From positions 272,552,001 to 272,616,000 of the forward strand of contig OZ024742.1 of the NCBI GenBank assembly GCA_964016885.1: DNA of 64,000 nucleotides, read 5' to 3'. Both the position numbers and the translations under genes were made by a program. Under the pieces are notes generated by a model. The model did no database searches. It was not told the DNA's origin and saw only the letters and a list, made by a program, of their open reading frames with translations. Numbering within the stretch: the first letter of the stretch is position 1; each line of letters opens with the position of its first letter. This DNA comes from Eledone cirrhosa (taxonomy: Eukaryota). This document shows positions 1 through 13,950 of the stretch, piece after piece.

Positions 1-215
1 TATATATATATTAGCATATATAAGGGTGGTCTTGCCGAACACACCACGTTTGGGGAATACCGTATTGGGGAGGTTATTTAAGCCATAGATGGCTATCTCA
101 TTTCTAGAGCTGAGTGAACAGACATGATCGAAACCAAAAACAGAAAAAGCTGGAGATCAATCAGGGAGGGTTTTTTCTGGGAGGAGTGAAAAGGCCTTCG
201 ATTTAATTTGAGCAA

Positions 216-244
<29 letters not shown>

Positions 245-246
<2 letters not shown>

Positions 247-458
247 AAAAGTAAACAGACATAACAACACAGTGGGTACAGTATATGGAAGGGATATATT
301 AGGTTAACGCTTGATATAGCAGGAAGAGGGTCTTCACGTTTCGGAAGGAGTCTTTCAGCAGGAGGAAGAATGAGAAAGATAGATTGAGGGAACGGGCGGG
401 TTGTAATTGGAACATATCTCTTTAGATAAAAATAACAGGTCCATTCATGTTCACATGT

Positions 459-460
<2 letters not shown>
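245..460 (-). mobile_element. PLE 3' tail fragment (same family as 41580-44750) with a decayed HHR
   Basis: Aligns by eye with 41580-41800. Minus strand CTGCTGA..GAAACGTG is a mutated HHR core. Flanked by (TA)n. Confidence 0.75.
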
Positions 461-535
<75 letters not shown>

Positions 536-540
536 GTGTG

Positions 541-593
<53 letters not shown>

Positions 594-644
594 AGTCATA
601 ATAATAAATGTGAAGACTAAAATCCAAAAAGGGCTCGATAAGTA

Positions 645-2415
645 TAAATATATATCAGATGTATAAGAACCGTAGAGCAAATATTTATTATAATACAGAT
701 TAAAGTTTAAGTAAAGAATCGCTGCTTTTACGCTTAACGGGATCTTCTGAAACTAAAAAAAGTTATTCTGTGAACGCAGAATTAAATATTTCTAAAAATG
801 TTGCAACCGAAGGAAGACAGGAAGAAAATACTTTGGTTTGTGGAAACGTTACCTGGCAAAGAACGGAAAAAAACGAAGATAATACGTCATTAAACGAAGA
901 TAATACGTCAAAGACAAAACCACGTTTATGATAGAAATGAAGTCGTAGACTAATATTCTATTAAGTGGTTTATGGGGACGTTCTCTGGCAATGAACGTTA
1001 AACACGAAGATAATACGTCATTATGTGGAGCGTAGAGAACAATTACACGCAAATACAAAACCACGTAAATGGTATAACTGAAGTCGTAGACTAAAATTCT
1101 ATTTAGGAAACCGAATGATTCTCGGCTTCAGAGTTAAGAATAAAGTAAATAAAATACATAGGTAATTGAAATTAAATATATACATACACGCATCCATATA
1201 CGTGCATACACAAGCATACGCGAAAATACTCGCCATGGGTATGCAAATACAAGCACATACACAAAAAAACACGCACGCATACACATAACCCACGCGACGC
1301 CTCTACCCGCACACATACGAAGTATACACCAAATACACATAAATATATATATAAAAAAATATATCATATTGAGTTATAATCTCGAAATAGTTTATAACTC
1401 AATAATTATATTCTCGGCTCCATACTTAGAGCTAATTTTAGACCCATAAAACTGGCTGCTATTTTTAGCGGCACGAGTATGAGGCGATTTAGGCGCTGTG
1501 ACATGTGCGTTTGAACAACACATATTTCTCAGTCGTCTTAAGTATTTTGATGTGAAAGGTACGAATTTCCTGGATATCCGCAGAAGAGCAGAGGGAAGTG
1601 ACTTTCACTTAATTGTTGCGAAACAAATGTAGAATTTGTCTGGGTATCACGGCCATTGCCAATATAGGTTTGTTATTTTTATTGATTTTTAAATCGAGAC
1701 AGGCAAACCATATTATTTTCAATTAGTATTTTTCAACCTAGCTAACTTGGTCATTTGCAATTCGAACATATGTATACTTTAATCAGTGTTCATCCCTCTC
1801 ATATATTAATTTGTAAAAATATATATATATGTGTGTGTGTATACATAATTAAATAAACTTATATAAATATACACACATAAATACGTATATAACGCTCGCA
1901 CACACATACCTACATGTAAAAACACATATTTTCGCGGACGTACGTCATCCCAAACACGAAGTACACATATACACACACCCTACATACGTACGATCCCGTA
2001 TTCTCACACAGACGCAAAACTCACGTATACACATAACAAAATGCACATGTACTAGTATATATAAAAATATACGCTATAACATATACAAGCAAATATACGT
2101 ACTAGAAAGTATACGTATCTTCACAAAACAAACAGGTAATATATACTTACCTATACAAATGAAGTAATGGTATAAACATAACAATACTTAGCTATCACAT
2201 CAATACGTAAAATATCCGCGTATCGTCCGTACTATCCGTTTGGGTATAATGTGGGGCTGTAATACAGGAAGGTTTTGTGCATAACTTCGGTTGCAACGTT
2301 TTTTGAAATATTTACTTCTGCGTTCACAGATTGACTTTATTAGTTTCAGAAGATCCCGTTATGGGTGAAAGCAGCGATTCTTTGCTTAAACTTTAATCTG
2401 TTATTTAAATATATA
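645..2415. mobile_element. Non-coding foldback element, family B copy 1
   Basis: Arms ~690-812 and ~2285-2412 are reverse complements. Body aligns with 39500-40940 apart from an extra segment at ~1370-1830. Confidence 0.8.
2342..2392 (+). ncRNA. HHR-like motif with variant core CAGAAGA
   Basis: AGTTT-CAGAAGA-tCCC gttat GGGt-GAAA-GCA..TGC-TT-AAACT; stems I, II and III all pair. Confidence 0.65.
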
Positions 2416-2493
2416 TATATCTGTCTTATATATCTATATCTATATAAGGCATGTCAACATGAATGGACCTCATATAATTTGGGATCCGACCAA

Positions 2494-2533
<40 letters not shown>

Positions 2534-3349
2534 TGTCGGTTCCCAAATAATATGAGGGGATGGAATAGAATGTAAAGCTGAGTTATTTTTTTTAGATTGT
2601 CTCAGTTGATTAAAACATTCTTAATGTATCGTTTACTTTACATATTTAGAACCCGATCTATCCTATTTACTGAAGTTTCTAGTAATGTACTTTTGTTGTC
2701 ATGTATAATGTTTATTCACGTATACACAAAATATTAATTGTCGGAAGAAAGCTACGGTTTGTAATAAATTTTGCCGGGGATATCTTAGCCGAATTTAATA
2801 AGTCGTGGGTTTTGAAAAATTAATAAGCTGGCTGGGGTTTGTGAATATGAGACTCTCATGTGTATATGTGCGTGCGTTTATGCGCATGTTTGTGTGAGTG
2901 TGTGTTGCTGCGTTTGTGTGTGTTGGTTCAGTTAGAGACATTGGATGGACAAATCGAGGAAGATTATGATAGATAATATGCTATCTATATAGAATTCAGA
3001 ATAAATTTTAGACTGAATGCTAAGAAAACCGCGTTTCTATTGATGGAAATTTGCGATTGACTCTTTGTATAACGCCAGACATCTTTGCATCATTCTAATT
3101 CCAAAAACATTTTTTTCATTTTTCACTATTTCTCAAGGCTGCATACGATATTTTATTCTGATTTAGAGATTGTTTTTAAATATAAAAGCTGAAATATGGA
3201 CAGATTAGATTTGCCAGCAAAATACAAATTTCTCTGGATACGTCAAAACGCACACACTCACATGCATGTTAACTAACACACACGCATACACATGTACACA
3301 CACATACATACGCACACGCACACACACACACGCACACGCACCCCCCCCC

Positions 3350-3381
<32 letters not shown>

Positions 3382-3499
3382 AAACTGTAGATGTATGTCT
3401 GTGTGTGTGTATGATTTGTATGCATTTCCACATTTCTCTACCGATTTTGATGATTTTTTGTCCAATGTCCTCTAACTGTACCAGGGCAGGTCACCGCGT

Positions 3500-4102
3500 A
3501 GTTATTTATAAATACATACTGTAACAATCTCTCTTACACGCTTCATTCCTCTCACTACCCTCAATCTCCTACGCAACTCTCTTTAAAGGGTTACTGCCTC
3601 CGTCTCTGAAGGAACGCGACACAAACTTTGATAACCCTCTCTCTTACATGCTTCATTCCTCTCACTGCCCACAATCTCCTCTGCAACTCTATTTAAAAGG
3701 TTACTGCCCCCGTCTCCATTACCGTTTAGGTACACACTTACATTTTACATCAAATAACAAATATTTACAAGCAACAGATGAATTTATAAAACAACAAACG
3801 TAACAATAACGACCTCTCTATAATTTAACTGTTTTACTCTCTCTGTCGCTCTTCACTCCCTACATTACAACACTGCAGAGAGAGAAACAATGTATATGAT
3901 CAAATGGAGCGTTCCGTATATTCCCTCTGTCTATAATTTAACTGCTTAACTCTTTCTGTCGCTCTTCACTCCCTATATGACAACAGTGCAGTGGAGCAAT
4001 CAGTATTGAGCGTTCCGTATTGACATATGGCTTACCTGGGGCATTTTCAATCGGCTTATTGCAAATAACAACCCGCAGAGTAACACTTCATATAATAGAT
4101 TA
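3500..4102 (-). mobile_element. Probable non-autonomous Helitron-like repeat with internal duplications
   Basis: Direct repeats 3528-3607/3638-3717 and ~3836-3880/3947-3990. Minus strand starts A|TCTATTATA at ~4100, resembling a Helitron 5' TC end. Confidence 0.4.
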
Positions 4103-4119
4103 ATCTTATAGACATATGA

Positions 4120-6063
4120 ATCGGAATGTAACCCGTGAACATTTTCCTGGGCAAAATTATTCGAACAGACATGACCTCATTGCCAAAGTGTTCAGACTGA
4201 AACTGGCTAAACTCTTGGCTTTAATCAAAAGGGTCAGGTATTTGGGGCTGTAAAATGTGACATGTTCACTGTCGAATGGAAAAAACGAGGGCTGCCACAT
4301 GCTCACATTTTGATTTGGTTAGCTGATAAAATCAATTCAAATGCCATAGACAGCTTCATTTCGGCTGAAATCCTTATCGCAGCACCTGACCAGAAATTAC
4401 GTGACATATTCAAAGCTAACATTGTCCGTGTGCGTCGAGTCCTAATGAGCATCACACGTGTCTGAAAGGGAGTTTGTGCAGTAAGGGATACCCCGAAAAA
4501 TTTGTTGACGAGACTCAGACTGGTGGGAATGGGTACTCCCTGTACAGGCAGAGAAGGCCCGAGAACGGTGGCTTCACCACAACAGTAAAGGGAGGTCAAG
4601 TCGACAATAGATGGATGGTCCCTTACTGCCCTCTTCTCTTGAAGATGTTCAACGCTCACATCAACGTTGAGTTTTGCAACTCCGCGAAGTCTATAAAATA
4701 CATATGCAAATATGTAAATAAGGGCTCTGATGAGGTCACAGAATAACTGGCGGGGCGGTACATCAGTAGCAATGAAGATTTTTGGCGCCTATTTGGTTTC
4801 CTCCTACGCCAACGGCACCCCACCATCGTACAGATTGGGGTACATTTGGAAAATGGGCAAAGGGTTTACTTTACGGACATAACCACCGCCAAGCTGGCCG
4901 CGGATCCGAAAGAGACCACTCTGACAGGTTTCTTCAAACTTTGCCAGTTCGATACATTTGCACAAACAATTGTTTAAACCCAGGTTACATCCTACTTTAT
5001 ATGGTAGAAAAACACTTCGGTGCGAAGAAAGTCAGGTCAGGCTGTTGAAAGACATCCTGGTGTAAAATTTGACAGTTGTCTTGGAAGGGTTTACAGTGAG
5101 CCCCCAAGTCAGCATGATTGCTTTAATCTCCGCCTTCTTCTGCATGAAGTTGTAGGCCCACAAAGTTTTCAGGACCTCAAAACTGTTGATGGAGAAATAT
5201 GTGATACGTACCGGGAAGCCTGCTTTAAGCGTTGTCTTTTGGAAGATGATTCGCAATGGGATTCCACTTTAGCAGAGGGTGCTTTGTTGAAATCACCTAA
5301 AGGTCTACGGGAACTCTTTGCCATTTTGCTTCAAAAGTGTGAATTGGGTGATCCCAAATCTTTATGGGTCAAGTACAGAGACTTCATGTCTGAGGATTCC
5401 CTGCGCCTGGCTCATCTGCAGTATCCTTCAGTGGAAGTTGGTTACAGCGGCACAACAGGGCACACATTGATATCGAGGACGTCCTCCTCGACATGGGTGG
5501 GAGTGAATTGGCGACGTATGGCTTGCCGTCAACCGTCACAGATGAAGCTAACACGTTGGCCCCGCATTTGTTGCGGGAAACAGCATATGACATCGAATCT
5601 CTTTCCCAATACTTAGAGGAAAATGAGCCCAAACGTCTGTCGGACCAAAGGTTGGCCTATTTAACTATCATTGATGCTGTTCAAAATCAGATTGGGGGTA
5701 TTTACTTTCTCGATGCTCCTGGGGGTACCGGAAAAACTTTTGTAACAAAATTGATTCCCACTAAGATTTGTCAGGAGAAAAGAATTGCGTTGGCCGTTGC
5801 ATCATCCGGGATCGCTGCTACTTTGCTGCCGAGAGGCAGGCCAGCAAATTCAACCTTTAAACTCCCCTAGGATTTAGTAAAAACTGAGACACCAACATGC
5901 AATATCAGCAAGAGTTCACACGAAGCTCTGGTTCTCAAAAATTGTTGCCTCATTGTTTGGTAGGAGTGCACAATGGCACACAAGGGTGCCCTTGAGGCAT
6001 TGAGAGGACCCTGAAAGACATTATGGATTCTACGTCTCCTATGGGTGGCGTAACCCTTCTGCT
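4120..6063 (+). pseudogene. Helitron Rep/PIF1-helicase fragment 1, frameshifted and truncated
   Basis: HUH motif VEWKKRGLPHAHILIW, Y2 motif IKYICKYVNKG, LRLLLHEVVGPQSF, Walker A DAPGGTGKT, ASSGIAATLL. Confidence 0.93.
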
Positions 6064-6065
6064 AT

Positions 6066-6124
6066 AATAATTGTTTCTACTTTTGGCAATTATTCAAGTG
6101 CATTACTGGTACTTTATTTTATCG
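6066..6124 (-). mobile_element. SINE 3' fragment
   Basis: aataattgtttctacttttggc..gtgcattactggtactttattttatcg matches the full SINE copies. Confidence 0.75.
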
Positions 6125-9100
6125 TGTGGTGTGTAATAATATCACTTCAAATGCCTAGAAAATGTTCCAGAACATTATATCTAAGGTCATCTTCAGAGGC
6201 TAAGAGAAGGAAAACACAGCGAACTAAAGAAAGTAAAGAAGTTTTGCATGCCCGTCTAGCTGCTAACAGAGCCCAAACAGCTTTAGCACGAGCAACCCGT
6301 TTGGATGAAATAGAAAAAAGGACTGTTGCTACACGAGAACAGCAAATTATGGAACAGCAGCAAATCAGACAAAATGTTAATCAAGCACATCGTTCTACTG
6401 ACCGAGCAGGAGAACAAGCTACAAGTAAAATGAACTGGCTGATGGGTACTTTTTCTTATGACTCCCAAAAGGACTACATCAGTAATCCACAAATCAACAT
6501 TGGGAAATTGAACAAATGCTGCCACTATTGTGGTGCAAAGAAATGGGCAGCAGAAACACCATGTTTATGGTGCTCAAAAGGCAAAGTGAGCCTTAAAACA
6601 TACAATAACCTCCTGAATTTCTGAAGAATCTGATCCTTCCGCATACATCAGAAGCACGACACTTCAATAAATACGTCATAAAATATAATTCTGCCTTTCA
6701 AATGACATATTTTGGGGCTGATAGGAATTTGACTGACTTTAGATTCTGTACAACTTATAAAATTCAGGGACAGTGTTACCACTTAATGGGTGGCCTTCTG
6801 CCACTTTCACAGGAGCCTCACAAATTTCTGCAGGTTTACTTCATGGGTGGAAATGAAACACAGGCACAACAAAGATGTACCAATGTCCATGGTGGATTGC
6901 AGTTCTACATAGTCATAAAGTTACAAGAAATGCTTCACCAACATCACATGTACGTCAGTGTATTTAAATATGCACTGGAGCATATGAACAACACCAGACA
7001 TCATTAGGACAAAGAGACGCCCAGCTTCAGAACATGAACGCAGATTCAATGCACCTGTCACTGATGAAGCTGCAATCATAATGGTTGATGAACAGCATGA
7101 ACGACGTGCGTGACATTGTTTTGCAAAAACGAAGTGGACATTTGGAGCGAATTTTGAAACTCATAGAGCCTATGATTCACTCCAATATCCACTCATCTTT
7201 TGGAATTGTCAAGATGGATATCATTTTCAGCTACGGCAGATCAGCCCCGGAACGGGACAAGAAACTGGCCGATCAATCAGCTGCAAAGAATTCTATGCTT
7301 ATCATTTCATGGAACGTGATCAGTTCAACCAAGTTCTGCGATTCAAAGAAGTAACCAGCCAGATGCAATGGCCTATGTCAGAAAATTTGGTCGACCAGAG
7401 CTCTTCATTACATTTACATGCAATTCAAACTGGTCAGAAACATAAAATTAATTATTTCAAAATCAAAAACCAAAGGATCGACATGATCAAATTGCTTGGG
7501 TTTTCCATGAAAAGCAAAAGTCTCATCTGGCTCCTAAAAGAAGGAAGAATATTTGGTGAGATTAGTGCTTGGATGACAACTATTGATAGCAGACGAGAGG
7601 TCTTCTTCTGTCTCACACACTAATCTGATGCAAGGAGACGATAAGACCAGATGATGTTGATAAGATCATTTCAGCAGAGCTGCCTGATAAAGGTGGTGAT
7701 CCAGAGCTCTTTCAAACCATCAAGTCCAAACTAATTCATGGTCCATGTGGAGTCATCAATCCAGCCTCTCCCTTCACGAAAGATCAAACATGCAGCAAAC
7801 ATTATCCTAGAGCTGTTATTGGGGAAACTCGGACTGACAATAATGGATAACCCCTTTATCGTAGGCGTAGACCAGAACATGGAGGCAATATTGCAAGCCT
7901 GACGGTTCGTGGAGGGGAGCTGACCATAAACAATCAGTGGGTCGTCCCACACAACAAATTGTTGTGTAAACTTTTAAAAGCTCATATCAATGTTGAGTAT
8001 TGCAGCTCCATTAAGACAATCCTATATGTTACAAAATATATCGACAAGGGCAGTGACATGGCTACCATTATTACTGACAAAGAACTCAATGATTTTGGGC
8101 TGGATGAGGTCAAACGGTAACAAACAGGTCAATACATCTCCAGCAATGAAGGTACTATCTGGCGAATCTTTGGGTTTGATATCCACCAACACCACCCAAC
8201 AGTGGTCAACCTCGCAGTCCATCTGGAACATGGACACAGAGTGTACTTCACTGAGATCACTGCTCATCAGTTGGCACACGCATCAAATGACACTACACTA
8301 ACTGCTTTCTTTAAACTCTGCCAGAATGATGAATTTGCTCGATCCCTTCTATATGATGAAGTCCCAACATACTACACCTCGGCCAATGGCAAGACCTGGA
8401 ATCGAAGAAAGCAGGGTCATTTAGTGGAAGGTCTTGAATTCAAGTCAAGTGATGCTATTGGGCGTGTTTACAATGTCTATCCCAACAACAGAGTATCTTT
8501 TTATTTACGGCTACTTCTGCATACTATTCGAGGACCAACGTCATTTGAGGATCTTAGATGCTTCAGAGGAAGGGAGTGCGCAACATACCAAGAAGCATGT
8601 AAACAGCATGTACTCCTGCATGACTATGGACACTGGAAGAAGTGCCTAGAAGAAGCAGCAATCACTCAAGTAGCCAGTCAAATAAAACAATTATATGCTA
8701 TATGCTCACAGCATCTGGAATTGATGGAGCTCATCTACTCTGGCAGGAGTACAAAAACAATATGTGGGACGACTATCTACACCTAGCCCGAAGACATCAT
8801 GGCAATATGTATATGGAATATACCCCCAGGATTTACAATCAAGCTCTCTGTGACCTGTCCCATCGAGTTCAGGCAATGAATAGCACATTAACTAACTGCG
8901 GGATGCCAGAGCTAGATGTAGAAATGGAGGTAGCACAAGACATTTTTTCAGGAGAGAAACTACGATATTTAAGCATTGCGTAAGTTTGTGGATGAACATG
9001 AACATCGAATGATGGATGACCAGAAATACGCCTACCACAACATCATCGAAATCATTCAAAATGACAGGGGAGGACTTTTCTTTAACAATGCTCCTGCTGG

Positions 9101-10498
9101 CACAGGCAAGACATTCGTCATTAACCTCCTTCTTGCAAAGGTTCGCCAAAGGCAACATATTGCCCGTGCTGTGGTTTCAAGTGGCATTGCAGCAACACTT
9201 CTGGATGGAGGAAAATCTGCACACAGCATGTTTAAGCTGCCCATAGATCTTACACGGCATGAACAATCTTTTTGCAACATCAATAACTCACCCAACGGCA
9301 AGCTTCTGCAAACATGCAAGATGATAATTTGGGATGAAGCCACTATGATTCATAAAGGAGCAATTTAAGCTTTGGACCGGACGACAAGGGATCTGAGAGA
9401 AAATAGTTGAATAATGGAAGGAGTGACAATGGTTCTTGCTGGTGATTTCAGACAAACTCTGTCTGTAATTCTTCGAGAGACTCGAGCTGATTAGGTCAAT
9501 GCCTGTCTGAAAGCATCCTATCTCTGGCTCCGCTTTCAGATGCTGAGTCTTACAACAAACATACGAGTGCACTTAAATGGTGACGAAGGTGTCAGTGAGA
9601 TTGCCATCCAACTACCTAAAAGATTGGGGAATGGACTTCTTGAAAAGGACTCCAATGACGATATTCAGTTGTCATTTGGCCATATCATTGACACAGAACA
9701 ATAAATGATTGCCAGAGTGTTTCCAAACATTCAGACCAAGCAATGTGATCCGAAAGGGCTCTGTGAACGAGCAATCTTAGCACCTAAAAATGTTGCTGTG
9801 AAAGAAATCAACAGAAGGCTGCTGGAGGTGTTAACGGGAGAGCAAATATGCTACAAATCAGTTGACACAATCACTTCTCAAGACCAGGTTGTACACTATC
9901 CAACTGAATTATTGGACAGTCTTGAACAAGCGGGAATTCCTCCACACAACCGGATACTGAAGCTTGGAGCAGCGGTTATGCTACTTCACAAAACTTTGTA
10001 ATGGCACAAGACACATCATCAAAAATATGATCTCCAATGTTCTAGAATTTGCAATCATGTCAGGAAAATTTGCTGGTGACAATTGTTTCATTCCAAGAAT
10101 ACCTCTGAAGCCAAACTATTTGCCATTTGAATTTCGAAGACTTCAATTTCCGATCAGGCTCAGTTTTCCCATGACCATTAATAAATCTCAAGGGCAATCA
10201 GTAAAAGTCGTTGGGTTGCATCTGGCAGATCCTGTATTTTCACATGGTCAACTCTATGCTAGCTCAACATGCGTTGGGAACCCTGATTGTCTCTTCGTTG
10301 TGGCACGACAGAGGGAAACCAAGAATGTTGCTTATCCAGAGGCTTTGGAATGAGCAATGTCGTAATTCCTCATTCAATGACAATACACACAGATCCTAAT
10401 TCCTTAGTCATGTAGTTTGCAAGGAACTCTGAAGCCGCAAATTTACTGCATGGTGTTAATTTGGAGAATATGCAAGCAATTCCGGGTACCTCTACTAT
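6125..10498 (+). mobile_element. Helitron 2, near full-length decayed RepHel ORF with a degenerate 3' terminus
   Basis: CHYCGAKKW Zn region, KIQGQCYHL, NLAVHLEHG, FYLRLLLHTIRGPTSFEDL, APAGTGKT, IIWDEATM, MTINKSQGQS, FSHGQLY. ORF ends 10353; terminus-like gcaattccgggtacctctactat at ~10476-10498. Confidence 0.93.
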
Positions 10499-10599
10499 AT
10501 AAAGTAGTATAAGTGAGGACTTTGTTGGATATAAATAACAGCCAAATTTCCTTTAAATCCCACCTTATTTTCTCAGGTATGTATATATGTATGAAGCAA

Positions 10600-12160
10600 A
10601 AAGGAATGGTTCTATGTGACAACTCATTCTACTAGAAATATGAGCAAAATCCATTTCAATGGGTTCGGCATAATAAAGCCGGTACTTTCTTTGGCCCGTA
10701 GATTGAGATGCCGAATTCAGTTTGCAAGTCCTTGCGGCTCCATATTAAATCAGCCAGTCTGGTGCACGATCGCATTTTCCTATCGTTGAATTTTCCCCTG
10801 TCTTAACGGGCCTTGAAAGTTGTAGATACGGCCCCTATGTATGTGCGCCTGGAATTATGCGTTTGGAGCTCATACTTGTAAATTATACTTTTGGCCAGAC
10901 AATTATTTCGTAGAAGACACTGGTTTCTTCCATCGGCAGTTACAGGTTCGTGGTGGCGTTCCGTTGCCAGGTTCGCAGATTGTTACTTTGTGCCTCGGAG
11001 TATGAATGTTGTGTGTTATTTGACCTATCTTTGTGTATTGTCTTGTTGCTTGGGCTGTTGTCGACACATTATTCCATAGTGTGTTGGTGGTGTCTGCTGC
11101 GGAAGGTCCTTAGTTTCATGGTGTTTATTGAAGCTATTAATCGTTCCAGGTTGGGTCTCGTCGAGTTAGATAACTTTACCGTGTGTCGGTTGAAGATCCT
11201 GTGGTACCTGTTCTGGGGTTGGAATGATTCATCTAATGACTTGAATAACGCGGCCTTGATAGTGGCCTTTATGTGCCTGGATAAGATTGCGTTGTACAAG
11301 GTCACATGTTTTGACCTGATCCTATTTTTTCTTGGTTGTTGTGTGATGAGTGTGTTGATGATCGTAGTGCCACTAATTTCATTACCTTGTGTGCCGTTCG
11401 GTTCGTTACCACCCCATTATTTTTATTGCTGGGGTGGCCAACTACGCGTCATGGGTGAGTCACAGCCGTCAGGGCTGACGTTGTTTGGGGGATTGCACTC
11501 CAAGTTGATATGTGCTTTCGCAATGTTGCTGTTTGGCATTCGAGTGGTACGGTAGTTTTCCCCACTTCATGGTTTGTTGTGGTGTTCACGATTTGAAATG
11601 GGTTTTGAAGTTGTGTTCGCTCCTCGGGTGTTAAATTCTGCGGTGTGTTCATGTAAACACGTCACTGTTTTGCGACCTTTGTGACTCCTGGAGCTCCTAT
11701 TGTCTGGTGGTATTGTCTTGTTGGTATTTGTTTCCGGTGAGGTCGGCTGTTTTGCTTTCAGGTTGCCACCGGTTGGTGATTGACGCTGTTTGCTCTTTTT
11801 GAGAGTTCTTTAAAATATCCTGGTCTGTTTGATCTTGCTATATGATGGTCCTCACTGGCAATGTCATTTGTGGGTAATGTTTCGGTCGTGGGAGCGTTGA
11901 GATTTGACATGTTTGGGGTTGTGTGGTATGCATTCTGAGGGCGTCAGGAATCTGGAATGTGTTGTTTTACGAGTATCGGCGACTTATCTCATATTTTCAG
12001 TGTAACCAGCCTGGGCGAGTGCAACGTTGTAGAAATGTGCGGGCTAGTTGAAATTCACCTCAGATAGGATGGACACCCGGTTTGACGTCGAGGAAGTTGG
12101 CTGTCTTAGTATTATTGTATAAAAGTTATACTCCGTCGAATTCTGTGATCTGTGCCACGT
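10600..12160 (-). mobile_element. Decayed PLE: RT C-terminus, long linker and GIY-YIG endonuclease
   Basis: Minus-strand translation gives NFLDV (~12090), FYNVALAQAGY, HRIFNRHTVKLS, TCNCR, and CLAKSIIYK..RTYIGAVSTTFKAR. Confidence 0.75.
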
Positions 12161-13009
12161 CATTAGAGCCCATAGTGATATCGGAGCTGTCAGAGTTACG
12201 AAATATTGCTAAGCTGACTACACTAAAAAAATACACAATATATCTACCCTATTCTTCAGGCAGAACAACCTAACAAGCGTACAGTGTAAACTAAAGACAA
12301 ATAACTAATACAAAACAGGCACCCCAACGAATTCCTACTAATTTCTAAACCATCTAGAACACTAAGGACTAATATTTACTATACAATAATTAATTTTATG
12401 TCGATCCTACACACCCGGCTCCTCCTATCCGCGTTGTTATCTGCACTTTCTCCCTCTCCTTTTTTTCTCTTGTTCTCCTTCTATTTTCTCTCCATTCATT
12501 CTCTTCAATTTTCCTATTTATACTTTTGTCAAATACCTTTTATACCAATCCCACGGACATACTATACGAATTTACAATTCTTTACAATTCCGCATTTCAG
12601 TGATATCCAAATGGAAATTTACTGTTATCCATCTACCCACTCCCGTTTCCCACCCACCCCACCTGAACTCAATAACATCACTATAAGACGAGAAAGGGAC
12701 ATCTGTCAACAGTTTGGATGGGATCCCCCATGTAAACTCACATGTATGAGGAGGACTTGATTAAGAGTCGGGATCCGATCTTTTGACCAAACCCGAGCTG
12801 ATAAGTATCGAAATAGTTGCAATATGCAATAAGGTTTTATAATAAGCTGCAAATTTGATTTCCTATTGTCTCTGTATATAGACATTCTGAAAACTGCAGC
12901 CGCCTTAAAACTGGAGCACAACCGAACGAGAGACGAACCCATTAACAGCATCGAGCGCTTCAAGCAGCGTCCTCGCTAATAACCACAAGCAACCACAATT
13001 TTCTCACTT

Positions 13010-13153
<144 letters not shown>

Positions 13154-13657
13154 GCTGCAAACTATGCCAAGAGTATTGCAATCACTTGTCAGATTATAAC
13201 AGATCCTGAACAAGCAATGCAGTTGCTTTGAAGGGTTTTTAAGTGGGGATAGACGTTAATTGGGGATAGGCCTTGCCCTCGACCAATTCGATTTTCTGAA
13301 CATCGAAAACACTATCCGAAAAAAAGAACTGGTGAACATCATCGGATGCTTCCGAAGCCGCAGGATATTTTTTCAGAGTTTCCACTTCCCAGAAAGGTGT
13401 TTTCACAACTGGGCGCCTTTTACTTCCAGGTTAAAAAAGTTACTACTTGGATGGCTGTTGACTATGATCAGTACCTCATCCCGTGCGGTGTCCAAATATC
13501 ACCCTCTTCCCCACGCAAGCTTGGTGGCGTTCGCGGTATAGTCGCCGACAACCCGGCTATGAAACTATGGTTGTACTGGGTTACTTGTTACGAGTACCAC
13601 TCGAGAGTGACCTGACACACATACACACACTCTCTCTCACACACACACATACACACA

Positions 13658-13950
<293 letters not shown>

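Noticed and set aside
93-680. Ile/Tyr-, Val/Cys- and His/Thr-rich ORFs here and throughout the window
   Set aside because: Translations of (TA)n, (TG)n and (CA)n microsatellites.
10950-11555. 201-aa hydrophobic plus-strand ORF
   Set aside because: Antisense shadow of the minus-strand PLE.
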